Source of the DNA: an uncultured Nitrospirales bacterium
GTDB taxonomy: Bacteria; Nitrospirota; Nitrospiria; Nitrospirales; NS-4
DNA length: 64,000 bases
Direction: 5' to 3'
Assembly (NCBI GenBank): GCA_964610095.1
Contig: CAZSUT010000002.1
Span: 27,027-91,026, forward strand
Numbering within the stretch: the stretch's first letter is position 1; each line of letters opens with the position of its first letter. The position numbers and the translations under genes were made by a program. Shown piece by piece: positions 43,942-52,132 of the stretch. The notes beneath the pieces were generated by a model that saw nothing but the letters and a program-made list of their open reading frames with translations, made no database searches and was not told the origin of the DNA.

Positions 43942-45426
43942 TTACGGCAGCAGCATGGCGACCGGCGCGGCGCCGAGATTGGAGAAGATCGTCGTCGCCG
44001 CCACGGTGTATTCGATAAAGGGCTTGGGGTAGATACCCAGGATCAGCGTACCGGCCAAGCCGACGTAGATGACGGCCTGGAGCGCGCCGGAAACTTTGAT
44101 AGGCGTGGGATCGGCCGGCTCGCTGATGTACATCTTCTTCACCACGACCAGGTAATAGTACAGCGAGATCACGATGCTGATCAGCCCCACCACGATCAGA
44201 GTGTAGAGACCCTCCTTGATCGCCGCGACGAACAGGTAGAGCTTGCCGATAAAGCCGGCCAGCGGCGGCACGCCGGCCAGCGAGAGCAGGAAGACCAGCA
44301 TGGTGAAGGCCAGGAACGGCGAGCGCCGGTTCAGGCCGCTGTAGTCTTCGATCTCGTCGCTGTTGGTGGTCTGGCTGAAGGCAATCACGACCGCGAAGGC
44401 CCCCAGATTGGCGAACAGGTAGGTGAGCAGGTAGAACAGGACCGAATCGGCGCCCATCCGCGTGCCGGCGGCCATCCCGATCAGGATGTTCCCGATCTGG
44501 GCGATCCCGGAGTAGGCCAGCAGCCGTTTGATGTTCCGCTGCGCAATCGCCACGATGTTCCCGTAGAGCATGGAGAGCATCGCCATGCCCATCAACAACC
44601 ACACCCACTGCGGCTTGAACGCCGCGAGCGTCGAGAAGAACATCCGCAGGAGGATAGCGAACGCGGCGCCCTTGGGCGCGATCGACAGGAAGGCCGTGAT
44701 GGGGGTCGGCGCTCCCTGGTACGTGTCGGGGATCCAGGAGTGGAGCGGCACGGCCCCGATCTTAAAGCCCAGGGCCGCGAAGATCATCAGCCAGCCGAGC
44801 ACCAAGCTGGGCGTCATGGCAGCCGTTCCCTGGGCGATCGTGGGGAAGATGAACGTCCCGGTTTCCCCGTAGACCAGGCTGGTCCCGTAGGCCAGCAGTG
44901 CGGCGGCGAAGACCCCCAGGATGAAGAACTTGAGCCCCGCCTCGCTCGAGCGGAGGTCGTCGCGGAGGTACGCCACGAGCACGTAAAAGCCAAACGTGCT
45001 GAACTCCACCGTGACGAAGACGGACAGTAGGTCGTTGGCCGAGGACATGAACATCATGCCCAGCGCCGCCATCATGACCAGGAAGTAATACTCGCCCTTG
45101 AAGAAGCTGAACCGGCCGACGTAGTCGATGGAGGACAAGAGGACGAGCAGGCTCGCGCCGACCACGAGGATCTTGAAGAACAGTGCCAGCCGGTCCAAGA
45201 CGAACATCCCTTTGAAGAGGACCCCGTTCGTCCCCTCGGCGTAGTACCACAGCAGGAACCCCAGGGCGACGCCCATGCCCGCGACGCTGAGCCCGGCGAT
45301 GGCGCGCTGGGACATGCGGGGCATCAGGAAGTCCACGCACAGCACGACGCAGATCCACAGCGTGACCCAGAGCTCCGGGAGCATCAGGAGGAGGTCGCTG
45401 AGGGTGAGGTTGAGGTCGAAGGTCAT
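43942..45426 (-). CDS. nuoN: NADH-quinone oxidoreductase subunit N
   Basis: 494-aa antiporter-like polytopic protein in the last position of the nuo locus, with a 4-nt overlap with nuoM. Confidence 0.9.
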   Translation of the reverse strand: MTFDLNLTLSDLLLMLPELWVTLWICVVLCVDFLMPRMSQRAIAGLSVAGMGVALGFLLWYYAEGTNGVLFKGMFVLDRLALFFKILVVGASLLVLLSSIDYVGRFSFFKGEYYFLVMMAALGMMFMSSANDLLSVFVTVEFSTFGFYVLVAYLRDDLRSSEAGLKFFILGVFAAALLAYGTSLVYGETGTFIFPTIAQGTAAMTPSLVLGWLMIFAALGFKIGAVPLHSWIPDTYQGAPTPITAFLSIAPKGAAFAILLRMFFSTLAAFKPQWVWLLMGMAMLSMLYGNIVAIAQRNIKRLLAYSGIAQIGNILIGMAAGTRMGADSVLFYLLTYLFANLGAFAVVIAFSQTTNSDEIEDYSGLNRRSPFLAFTMLVFLLSLAGVPPLAGFIGKLYLFVAAIKEGLYTLIVVGLISIVISLYYYLVVVKKMYISEPADPTPIKVSGALQAVIYVGLAGTLILGIYPKPFIEYTVAATTIFSNLGAAPVAMLLP

Positions 45427-47027
45427 GGGAGGAGCCCGCTCCCCGTTTGGGTCACCACCGGCGCCACTTCCATGATCCTGGCCAGGATCGGATTCACGCC
45501 CGAGCGGATGACGTCCAGCATCCGGCCCGGGAGCAGCCCGAACGTGATGCTGCTGAAGATCATGATCAAGAGCGGCACGCGATCCACAAAGGCCTCGGCG
45601 TCATGGGCGTGGTGGCCCAATTCGCTCAACTGCCCGTAGAAAACTCCGCGCATCATGCGGAAGAGATAGGCCATCGTGAGCACGATGCCCAGGACCGCGA
45701 TGACGGTCTGGACGGGGTACTTGGCCCAACTCCCCAGCACAATCATGACCTCGGCCACGAAGTTCACCGTCCCCGGCATGCCGATGGACGCCATGCAGGC
45801 GATGAGGAAGCAGCCGGCCACGAAGGGCATCTTGGCGACCAGGCCGCCGAGCGAGGGGATGTCACGCGTGTGGGTCTGGTCGTAGACCCAGCCGGCCATG
45901 GCAAACAGCATCCCCGTGGCCAGCGCGTGCGCGAACATATAGAGAACGGCGCCGCTCAGGCTGATGTAGTCGAGCGCGGCCATGCCGAGGAACACGTAGC
46001 CCATGTGGCTGGAGCTGCTGTAGCCGATCACGTACTTCGTGTCTCTGGCGTAATAGGCGACATACCCGCCGTACAGGATGCTGAAGATGCAGAGGACGGC
46101 GGCGATGGGCATCAGGTCGCGCGTGGTGTCCGGCAGGATCTGGAAGCACGTGCGGATAATCGAGAAATGGCCGAGCTTCATCAGCACGCCGGCGTGCAGC
46201 ATGCTGGTGGCTGCGGGCGCCGCTGCGTGGCCGACCGGCGACCACGAGTGCAGCGGCCAGAGGGGCGCGATCGAGGCGAATCCGAAGAAGCACAGGAGCC
46301 AGATGATCGTCGCCAGCTTCCCCTCGAAATGGGCCTTCTCGGCCAGCACCGGGATCTCGAAGGTATTGAGGCCGGAGGCCTTATAGATCAATAGTATTCC
46401 CAGCAGCGCCACGACCGCGCCGGCCGACAGGAACAGCGTCAGCTTCATCGCGGCGTATTCCTTGCTGTTGCGCGCGAAGTTCAGAATGAATCGGGGCGCG
46501 TCGGGCCGCTCCCATTCATCCGCGTTGGTCGTCTCAAGATAGCCCTTCGTGTGGCTGCCCCAGACGCCCAGCAGCGGATACATGGGGATCACCGACATCT
46601 CGTAGAAGAAGTACAGGAAGAAGAGGTCCAGCGACACGTAGACCCCGATGGTCGCACCGGCCAGGATCAGCAGGAAGGCGTAGAACTCCTTGGTCCGGTC
46701 CTTGATGTGCCAGGAGATGAACACCCCGGCAAAGAGGAGGATCGAGGAGGCGAGCACCATGGGGACCCCGATCCCGTCCACGCCGATGTAGAACTGGATC
46801 CCGAGTTGCTCCGACCAGAAGTACTTCTGCTGGAACTGGTACCCACCCTTCTGCCAGTCGAAGGCCAAGAGCAGGTAGAACGACGCGAAAAACGAGATGC
46901 CTGCGAAGAACGCCGCCAACTGGCGCACCAGCAGCGGGTGGCGGTTCGAGACCCACGGGGTCGCCAGCACGGCGGCTCCCACGAACGGGGCGAACAGGAT
47001 GACGCCCAGCAGGTAGCTTTCAGTCAT
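45423..47027 (-). CDS. nuoM: NADH-quinone oxidoreductase subunit M, divergent second copy
   Basis: 534-aa Mrp/ND4-type antiporter-like subunit (YIGVDGIGVPMV..., WPLHSWSPVGHAAAP). It contains an insertion (GSHTKGYLETTNADEWERPDAPRFILNFARNSKE) that is absent from the adjacent copy. Confidence 0.85.
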   Translation of the reverse strand: MTESYLLGVILFAPFVGAAVLATPWVSNRHPLLVRQLAAFFAGISFFASFYLLLAFDWQKGGYQFQQKYFWSEQLGIQFYIGVDGIGVPMVLASSILLFAGVFISWHIKDRTKEFYAFLLILAGATIGVYVSLDLFFLYFFYEMSVIPMYPLLGVWGSHTKGYLETTNADEWERPDAPRFILNFARNSKEYAAMKLTLFLSAGAVVALLGILLIYKASGLNTFEIPVLAEKAHFEGKLATIIWLLCFFGFASIAPLWPLHSWSPVGHAAAPAATSMLHAGVLMKLGHFSIIRTCFQILPDTTRDLMPIAAVLCIFSILYGGYVAYYARDTKYVIGYSSSSHMGYVFLGMAALDYISLSGAVLYMFAHALATGMLFAMAGWVYDQTHTRDIPSLGGLVAKMPFVAGCFLIACMASIGMPGTVNFVAEVMIVLGSWAKYPVQTVIAVLGIVLTMAYLFRMMRGVFYGQLSELGHHAHDAEAFVDRVPLLIMIFSSITFGLLPGRMLDVIRSGVNPILARIMEVAPVVTQTGSGLLP

Positions 47028-48658
47028 GGTCGCTGCCCCATGGGAAGGAGCTCAGCCGGTACACTCAAGGGAGGAGGCGCGTCGGGGCGTCCCCGGGGTG
47101 GGCGGGTGTGATTGACGGCCTTCCCAACGGACCCCTGTTCGACCCGTTCCACCAGCTTTTGCACCGACCCGTTGATTATGTCCAGGAACGGCGCGGGGTA
47201 CAGGCCGATCCACAGCACCATCACACTTAGCGCCGCGGCGATGCCCCACTCGCGAGGATAGAGATCATGGAGGGGCTTTTGCGGCCCCGGCGCGGCCGGG
47301 CCGAAGAAGGCCCGCTCGTAGTACCAGAGAAAATAGGCCGCGCCCAGGATCACGCCCAGGACGCCGACGGCCGCCAGCGCCCAATGGGCGCGGAAGGCGC
47401 CGAGCAGGATGAGGAACTCTCCGACGAACCCGTTGGTGCCGGGCAGTCCGATGAAAGCCAGGCCCAAGAACAGCACGAACGTCGCCAGTAGCGGCAGGTG
47501 CCGGGCAAGGCCTCCGTAGACCGACAGGTCCGCCGAGTCCGTGCGCGACACGAGGAACCCGGTCATAAAGAATAACCCGGTCGTGGTGAACCCCAGATTG
47601 ATCATCTGCAGGAGGCCTCCCTGGAGCCCCTGAAAGTTCAGCGCGAAGAGTCCCAGCACGACAAAGCCCAAGTGGCAGATGCTGGCGTACGCGAGCAGCC
47701 GGCGCAGGTCGGATTGGACCAGCGCGATGAACGCCCCGTAGAGGATCCCCACCAGGCCCAACCCGGCCATGAGCCAGAGCCACCGCACGGACGCCTCCGG
47801 CAACAGCGGGATGACAAATCGGATGAAGCCGTAGGTCCCGAGCTTGACTCCGGCCAGGACCACGCTCATCACGATCGGGCCCTCGACGAGGACTGTGGGC
47901 ATCCAGGTGTGGAAGGGAAAGAGCGGCGCCTTGAAGGCGAACCCGAAGAACATCAGGAAGAAGATCAGCGCCTGTTTTTGGGGCGGCACAGGCACGGTCA
48001 GGAGATCGAGAAAATCGAAAGTGTAGAGCGGCTCCGTGCGGGACGCCACCGCCGCCTCGTGGAAGTTCAGGTTGAGAAGCACCATCCCGACCAGCATGAG
48101 CACCGACCCCGAGAGCGTGTACAGGATGTACTTCAGCGCGGCGTACTGGCGCTGCGGCCCGGGCCCCCAGAGCTTGATCAGGAAATAGCTCGGCAGCAGC
48201 ATCAGCTCCCAGAAGACGAAGAACAGGATGAGGTCCAGGGACGCGAAGACGCCCACCATCGTGCCCTCCAGCCCGAGCAGCGACATCAGGTAGGGCTTGA
48301 GCAAGTGCCGTTCGGTGTCCCAGGAATAGACCATGATAAGCACGGTGAGGAAGGCCGTGAGCGGGATGAAGAGCACGCTGATGCCGTCCACGCCCAGGTG
48401 GTAGCCGACGCCGATGGACGGGATCCAGGACGCCCGCTCCGCGAACTGGATCTGGGCGCTGTTCGGGGTGAAAGTCCCCGTAAGCAGGACGGAGATGAAG
48501 AGCTCCAGGACGGCGACCGCCATCGCGGATTTGCGGATGAGGTCCTCGTCCTTCTGGAACAGCCAGATCACCACTGCGCCGACGAGCGGCAGGAACGTCA
48601 GAATGGTCAGGATGGGGAAGCCGATCTGCTGGTCGGCCGCGATCTCGTTCAGGATCAT
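47024..48658 (-). CDS. nuoM: NADH-quinone oxidoreductase subunit M, canonical copy
   Basis: HLGVDGISVLFIPLTAFL, FFVFWELMLLPSYFLI and PLFPFHTWMP. The ATG at 48658 overlaps the nuoL stop (ATGA). The ORF-track N-terminus to 48841 is rejected. Confidence 0.9.
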   Translation of the reverse strand: MILNEIAADQQIGFPILTILTFLPLVGAVVIWLFQKDEDLIRKSAMAVAVLELFISVLLTGTFTPNSAQIQFAERASWIPSIGVGYHLGVDGISVLFIPLTAFLTVLIMVYSWDTERHLLKPYLMSLLGLEGTMVGVFASLDLILFFVFWELMLLPSYFLIKLWGPGPQRQYAALKYILYTLSGSVLMLVGMVLLNLNFHEAAVASRTEPLYTFDFLDLLTVPVPPQKQALIFFLMFFGFAFKAPLFPFHTWMPTVLVEGPIVMSVVLAGVKLGTYGFIRFVIPLLPEASVRWLWLMAGLGLVGILYGAFIALVQSDLRRLLAYASICHLGFVVLGLFALNFQGLQGGLLQMINLGFTTTGLFFMTGFLVSRTDSADLSVYGGLARHLPLLATFVLFLGLAFIGLPGTNGFVGEFLILLGAFRAHWALAAVGVLGVILGAAYFLWYYERAFFGPAAPGPQKPLHDLYPREWGIAAALSVMVLWIGLYPAPFLDIINGSVQKLVERVEQGSVGKAVNHTRPPRGRPDAPPPLSVPAELLPMGQRP

Positions 48659-50661
48659 GAAGCGCCTCCCCACCAGAGGATCAGCACGATCAGGTTGACC
48701 AGGAGCACGAGCCCGGTGACGAGGATCGCCGCGTAGTGGTGCACCAGCCCGGTCTGCAACTGGCGCAGGAGGCGCGCACCAATGTGGTTCGCGTATCCCG
48801 TGACGTTGATGACGCCGTAGATCACGTACTTCTCGAACCATGTCGAGACGGCGGCGTTCAGGTCGGTGACCTGTTCCACGGCAACAACGGCCCGGTCCAC
48901 GACGGCGGTATCCATCCGGTCCAGGTGCCGCCCGGCGCTCTTGCTCGGCTCCACGGCGATCCGGTCGTAGAGCTCATCCACCCAGTACTTGTTCAACAAC
49001 AGGGTGTAGGCGCCCTTCATCCTGTTCATGAGGAGGTCGGGCTGCTCCGGCTTCACGTAATAGAAATAGTGGGCGGTGAACCAGCCCGCGACCCCGATGC
49101 CTGTGGTCACCGCCATCAGGAGATACGGCAGCAGGGGGCTCCCCTCGTGGCCGCTGGCCCCCGTCGCGGCGGCGGAGACCACCGGGCCCAGGAACTGATG
49201 GAACGCACCGTGCTCCAGCCCGCCGGGGAGCACGCCGATCAGGCCGCCAAGCGCAGACAGGGCCGCCAGGAAAAGGAGCGGACCGCGCATCCACCAGGAG
49301 GGCTCATGGATATGATGGGCGACCCCGTGATCCACCCGCGACTGGCCGTAGAACGTCACGTAGAGCAGCCGCGACATATAGAAGGCCGTGCAGAACGCCG
49401 CCGCCGCGCCCAGCGCCCACAGGACGTAGCGGCGGTGCGTGAACGCATGGCCGAGGATTTCGTCCTTGCTCCACCACCCAGACAGGAACGGGAACCCCGC
49501 GATGGCGGCCGTGCCGATCAGGAACACCCAGTGCGTCGCCGGGACCTTGTTCCACAGCCCGCCCATCTTGCGGATGTCCTGCTCGCCCGACAGCGCATGG
49601 ATCACCGAGCCCGCCGCGAGGAACAGCAGCGCCTTGAAGAAGGCGTGGGTGACGAGGTGGAAGATCGCCGCCGCGTAGGCCCCCACACCGCACGCCAGGA
49701 ACATGAAGCCGAGCTGCGAGACGGTGGAATAGGCCAGCACCCGCTTGATGTCGGTCTGCACGAGGCCGATGGTGGCCGCAAAGAGCGCAGTCGCCCCGCC
49801 AATCACTCCGACCAGCAGCAACGCGTTCGGTGTGAGGTCATAGATCGCATGGTTGCGGACGACCATGTAGACGCCGGCGGTCACCATCGTGGCGGCGTGG
49901 ATCAGCGCGCTGACGGGCGTCGGGCCTTCCATCGCGTCCGGCAGCCAGGTGTAGAGCGGGAGCTGGGCCGACTTGCCCACGGCCCCGATCAGCAGGCACA
50001 CGGCGATCGTAAAGGCGGTTGTGGAATCGAGCTTGCCTGCCTTGGCAAAGACCTCGATGTAGTCCAGCGTCCCGAAGTGGGCGAACACGAGGAAGATCGC
50101 GATCAGGAAACCCGCGTCGCCGATGCGGTTCACCACGAAGGCCTTGGTGGCCGCCTTGGCCGCCGATACCCTGTCGTAGTAGTAGCCGATAAGCAGATAC
50201 GAGCAGAGCCCCACGCCCTCCCATCCGATGAAGAGCACCGCGTAGTTGTTGCCCATCACTAGGAGGAGCATCGAAACCATGAAGAGGTTCATGTAGGCGA
50301 AGAAGCGCGTGAACCCTTCCTCGCCGTGCATGTATCCGACCGAATAGACGTGGATCAGGAAGCCCACGCCGGTGACCACCAGCATCATGACGCAGGTCAG
50401 CGGATCGATCAGGAAGCCCAGGTTGACCTCGAGGTCGCCGCCGAAGAACCAGCGGTACGCGATCACGGTGCGCGGCTCGGGATGGCCGAGCGTCTGCCCG
50501 AAGACCCAGAGCGCACAGAGGAACGACAGGAGGACCGAGCCCCAGCCCAGCCGGTGGGCGATCTCGTGCGAGTAGCGGTGCCCCAGCATGACGTTGAGCC
50601 CGTTGGTCAGCACCGCGAGGAGCGGAAAGAGCGGGATGAGGATGACGATCAGATCAAACAT
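48655..50661 (-). CDS. nuoL: NADH-quinone oxidoreductase subunit L (long form, 668 aa)
   Basis: ND5-type antiporter-like subunit (GWEGVGLCSYLLIGYYY, SAQLPLYTWLPDAMEGPTPVSALIHAATMV). From memory it is about 55-60 aa longer than the roughly 610-aa E. coli and Thermus homologs. Confidence 0.9.
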   Translation of the reverse strand: MFDLIVILIPLFPLLAVLTNGLNVMLGHRYSHEIAHRLGWGSVLLSFLCALWVFGQTLGHPEPRTVIAYRWFFGGDLEVNLGFLIDPLTCVMMLVVTGVGFLIHVYSVGYMHGEEGFTRFFAYMNLFMVSMLLLVMGNNYAVLFIGWEGVGLCSYLLIGYYYDRVSAAKAATKAFVVNRIGDAGFLIAIFLVFAHFGTLDYIEVFAKAGKLDSTTAFTIAVCLLIGAVGKSAQLPLYTWLPDAMEGPTPVSALIHAATMVTAGVYMVVRNHAIYDLTPNALLLVGVIGGATALFAATIGLVQTDIKRVLAYSTVSQLGFMFLACGVGAYAAAIFHLVTHAFFKALLFLAAGSVIHALSGEQDIRKMGGLWNKVPATHWVFLIGTAAIAGFPFLSGWWSKDEILGHAFTHRRYVLWALGAAAAFCTAFYMSRLLYVTFYGQSRVDHGVAHHIHEPSWWMRGPLLFLAALSALGGLIGVLPGGLEHGAFHQFLGPVVSAAATGASGHEGSPLLPYLLMAVTTGIGVAGWFTAHYFYYVKPEQPDLLMNRMKGAYTLLLNKYWVDELYDRIAVEPSKSAGRHLDRMDTAVVDRAVVAVEQVTDLNAAVSTWFEKYVIYGVINVTGYANHIGARLLRQLQTGLVHHYAAILVTGLVLLVNLIVLILWWGGAS

Positions 50662-50674
50662 GGGGAATCGGCAC

Positions 50675-50977
50675 TTACCACTTCAGTAAGTTGATCTGGT
50701 CCACGTTGGTGGCGATCTTGCCGCGGAACACGACGATGATGATCGCCAGCCCCACGGCAGCTTCCCCGGCCGCGATGGCGATCACGAACAGAGACATGAT
50801 CTGGCCCGCGAGCGAATCTAGATGATTTGCGAAGGCCACGAGGTTGAGGTTGGCCCCGTTCAGCATGATCTCGATCGACATGAGCACGATGATGAAGTTC
50901 CGCCGGACTAGCACGCCGACGAGCCCCGTCACGAACAGGATCGCGCTCACCGCCACATATGCCGCTATAGGAACCAC
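50675..50977 (-). CDS. nuoK: NADH-quinone oxidoreductase subunit K
   Basis: 100 aa, 3 TM helices, with the conserved LSIEIMLNGANL-type motif (SIEIMLNGANLNLV). GTG start. Confidence 0.9.
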   Translation of the reverse strand: MVPIAAYVAVSAILFVTGLVGVLVRRNFIIVLMSIEIMLNGANLNLVAFANHLDSLAGQIMSLFVIAIAAGEAAVGLAIIIVVFRGKIATNVDQINLLKW

Positions 50978-51002
50978 GTTAACCGTTATACGTTATTCGT
51001 TA
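50975..51002. repeat. Heptad array, 4 x (NNCGTTA): CACGTTA ACCGTTA TACGTTA TTCGTTA
   Basis: Seen directly. It fills the 22-nt nuoJ-nuoK gap and overlaps both the nuoJ stop (TAA) and the nuoK GTG start. It belongs to a family with copies at 60452, 62612 and 62692. Confidence 0.6.
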
Positions 51003-51521
51003 ACCGCCCTTGACTTCGGAAGGGGTGGGGGTTTTCGCCAGGACGATGGCCCCGACGATGGCCCCCAGCAGGAACACGCCTACGATCTCGAACGGCAACA
51101 GGTAGTCGCTGAACATTAAAATTCCGATCGCCGTGCTGTTGCCCACCGCTTCGATGGCCTTGGTCGTCGCCGGGCCCTTCATTCCGCTGTACCGGGAGGC
51201 CAGCAGCACCAGCAGGAGCTCGACGGTCAACGCGCCGACGCCCACGATGTACCAGGCGTACCGGTGATGGAAGTACCGCTCCTCGGTCTTGAGGTTAAGC
51301 AGCATGAGGACGAACAGATACAGGATCAGGATAGCGCCGGCGTAGATGATGATCTGCACGACCGCCAGGAACTCGGCGTGCAGCAGCACGAAGAGCCCCG
51401 CCATGTGCCCAAGGAGCGCGAGCAGGGCGATGCCGCAGTGCACAGGGTTCCGGAGCGCCACCGTCAGCACCCCCGCCACGATGCTGACCAGGGCAAAGTA
51501 GGCGAAGAAGATCAGTGTCAT
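51000..51521 (-). CDS. nuoJ: NADH-quinone oxidoreductase subunit J
   Basis: 173-aa membrane protein with a typical NuoJ N-terminus (FFAYFALVSIVAGVLTVALRNPVH), positioned between nuoI and nuoK. Confidence 0.9.
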   Translation of the reverse strand: MTLIFFAYFALVSIVAGVLTVALRNPVHCGIALLALLGHMAGLFVLLHAEFLAVVQIIIYAGAILILYLFVLMLLNLKTEERYFHHRYAWYIVGVGALTVELLLVLLASRYSGMKGPATTKAIEAVGNSTAIGILMFSDYLLPFEIVGVFLLGAIVGAIVLAKTPTPSEVKGG

Positions 51522-51523
51522 GC

Positions 51524-52114
51524 TTAGGAGTCTTGCGGGGGCGTAAGACCTTCGACTTGATGTGGAAACTTATAGCGGTATTGAAGGCTCTCCGTGTCGT
51601 TCTTCTCTTGGTTGTGGGCGTAGAGGTAGCGCTTGGCGTCCTCGATGTGCTGCTCCCCGATCTCGTAGAGCCGCTTCTTGTCGAAGATGAGCTGGCGCTT
51701 GTCGGCGGTGGAGTACTCGTACATCTTGGTCATCGCCAGCGCGTTGACCGGGCAGGCCTCGACGCAATAGCCGCAAAAGACGCACTTGGTGATGTCGATG
51801 TAGAACTCGGTCGCATACCGCGACAGGGGGCGCTCCGGATTTTCGGCGCTCACTACCTTGATGCAGCGGGACGGGCAGGCCACCTCGCAGAGGTCGCAGC
51901 CCACGCAGCGCTCCGTGCCGTCGTCGTAGCGCAGGAGCCCCAGCGCGCCTCGATGGGCGTCTGGGATCGTCCGCTTCTCCCGCGGGTACTGGAAGGTGAC
52001 GGGCTTGACGAACATGTGCCTGAGCACAACGCGCATCGCCGTCCGGATCTCGGAGAATGAGAGGGCGTCCCACACCTCAAGCAGCAGGCTTTTTTCTTCG
52101 GTCTTCGCAGTCAT
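51524..52114 (-). CDS. nuoI: NADH-quinone oxidoreductase subunit I (2x[4Fe-4S])
   Basis: CVGCDLCEVACP and CVFCGYCVEACP. Confidence 0.9.
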   Translation of the reverse strand: MTAKTEEKSLLLEVWDALSFSEIRTAMRVVLRHMFVKPVTFQYPREKRTIPDAHRGALGLLRYDDGTERCVGCDLCEVACPSRCIKVVSAENPERPLSRYATEFYIDITKCVFCGYCVEACPVNALAMTKMYEYSTADKRQLIFDKKRLYEIGEQHIEDAKRYLYAHNQEKNDTESLQYRYKFPHQVEGLTPPQDS

Positions 52115-52132
52115 GCTGACGTCCTCTTCGAC

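Noticed and set aside
48736-50262. 508-aa plus-strand ORF antisense to nuoL. Similar long antisense or off-frame ORFs lie at 45447..46394, 47672..48736, 53684..54946, 54744..55751 and 50326..50694.
   Set aside because: Their Arg/Gly/Asp/His/Pro-rich low-complexity translations are typical of reading a GC-rich gene in the wrong frame or strand. The opposite strand encodes unmistakable Nuo subunits with conserved motifs.
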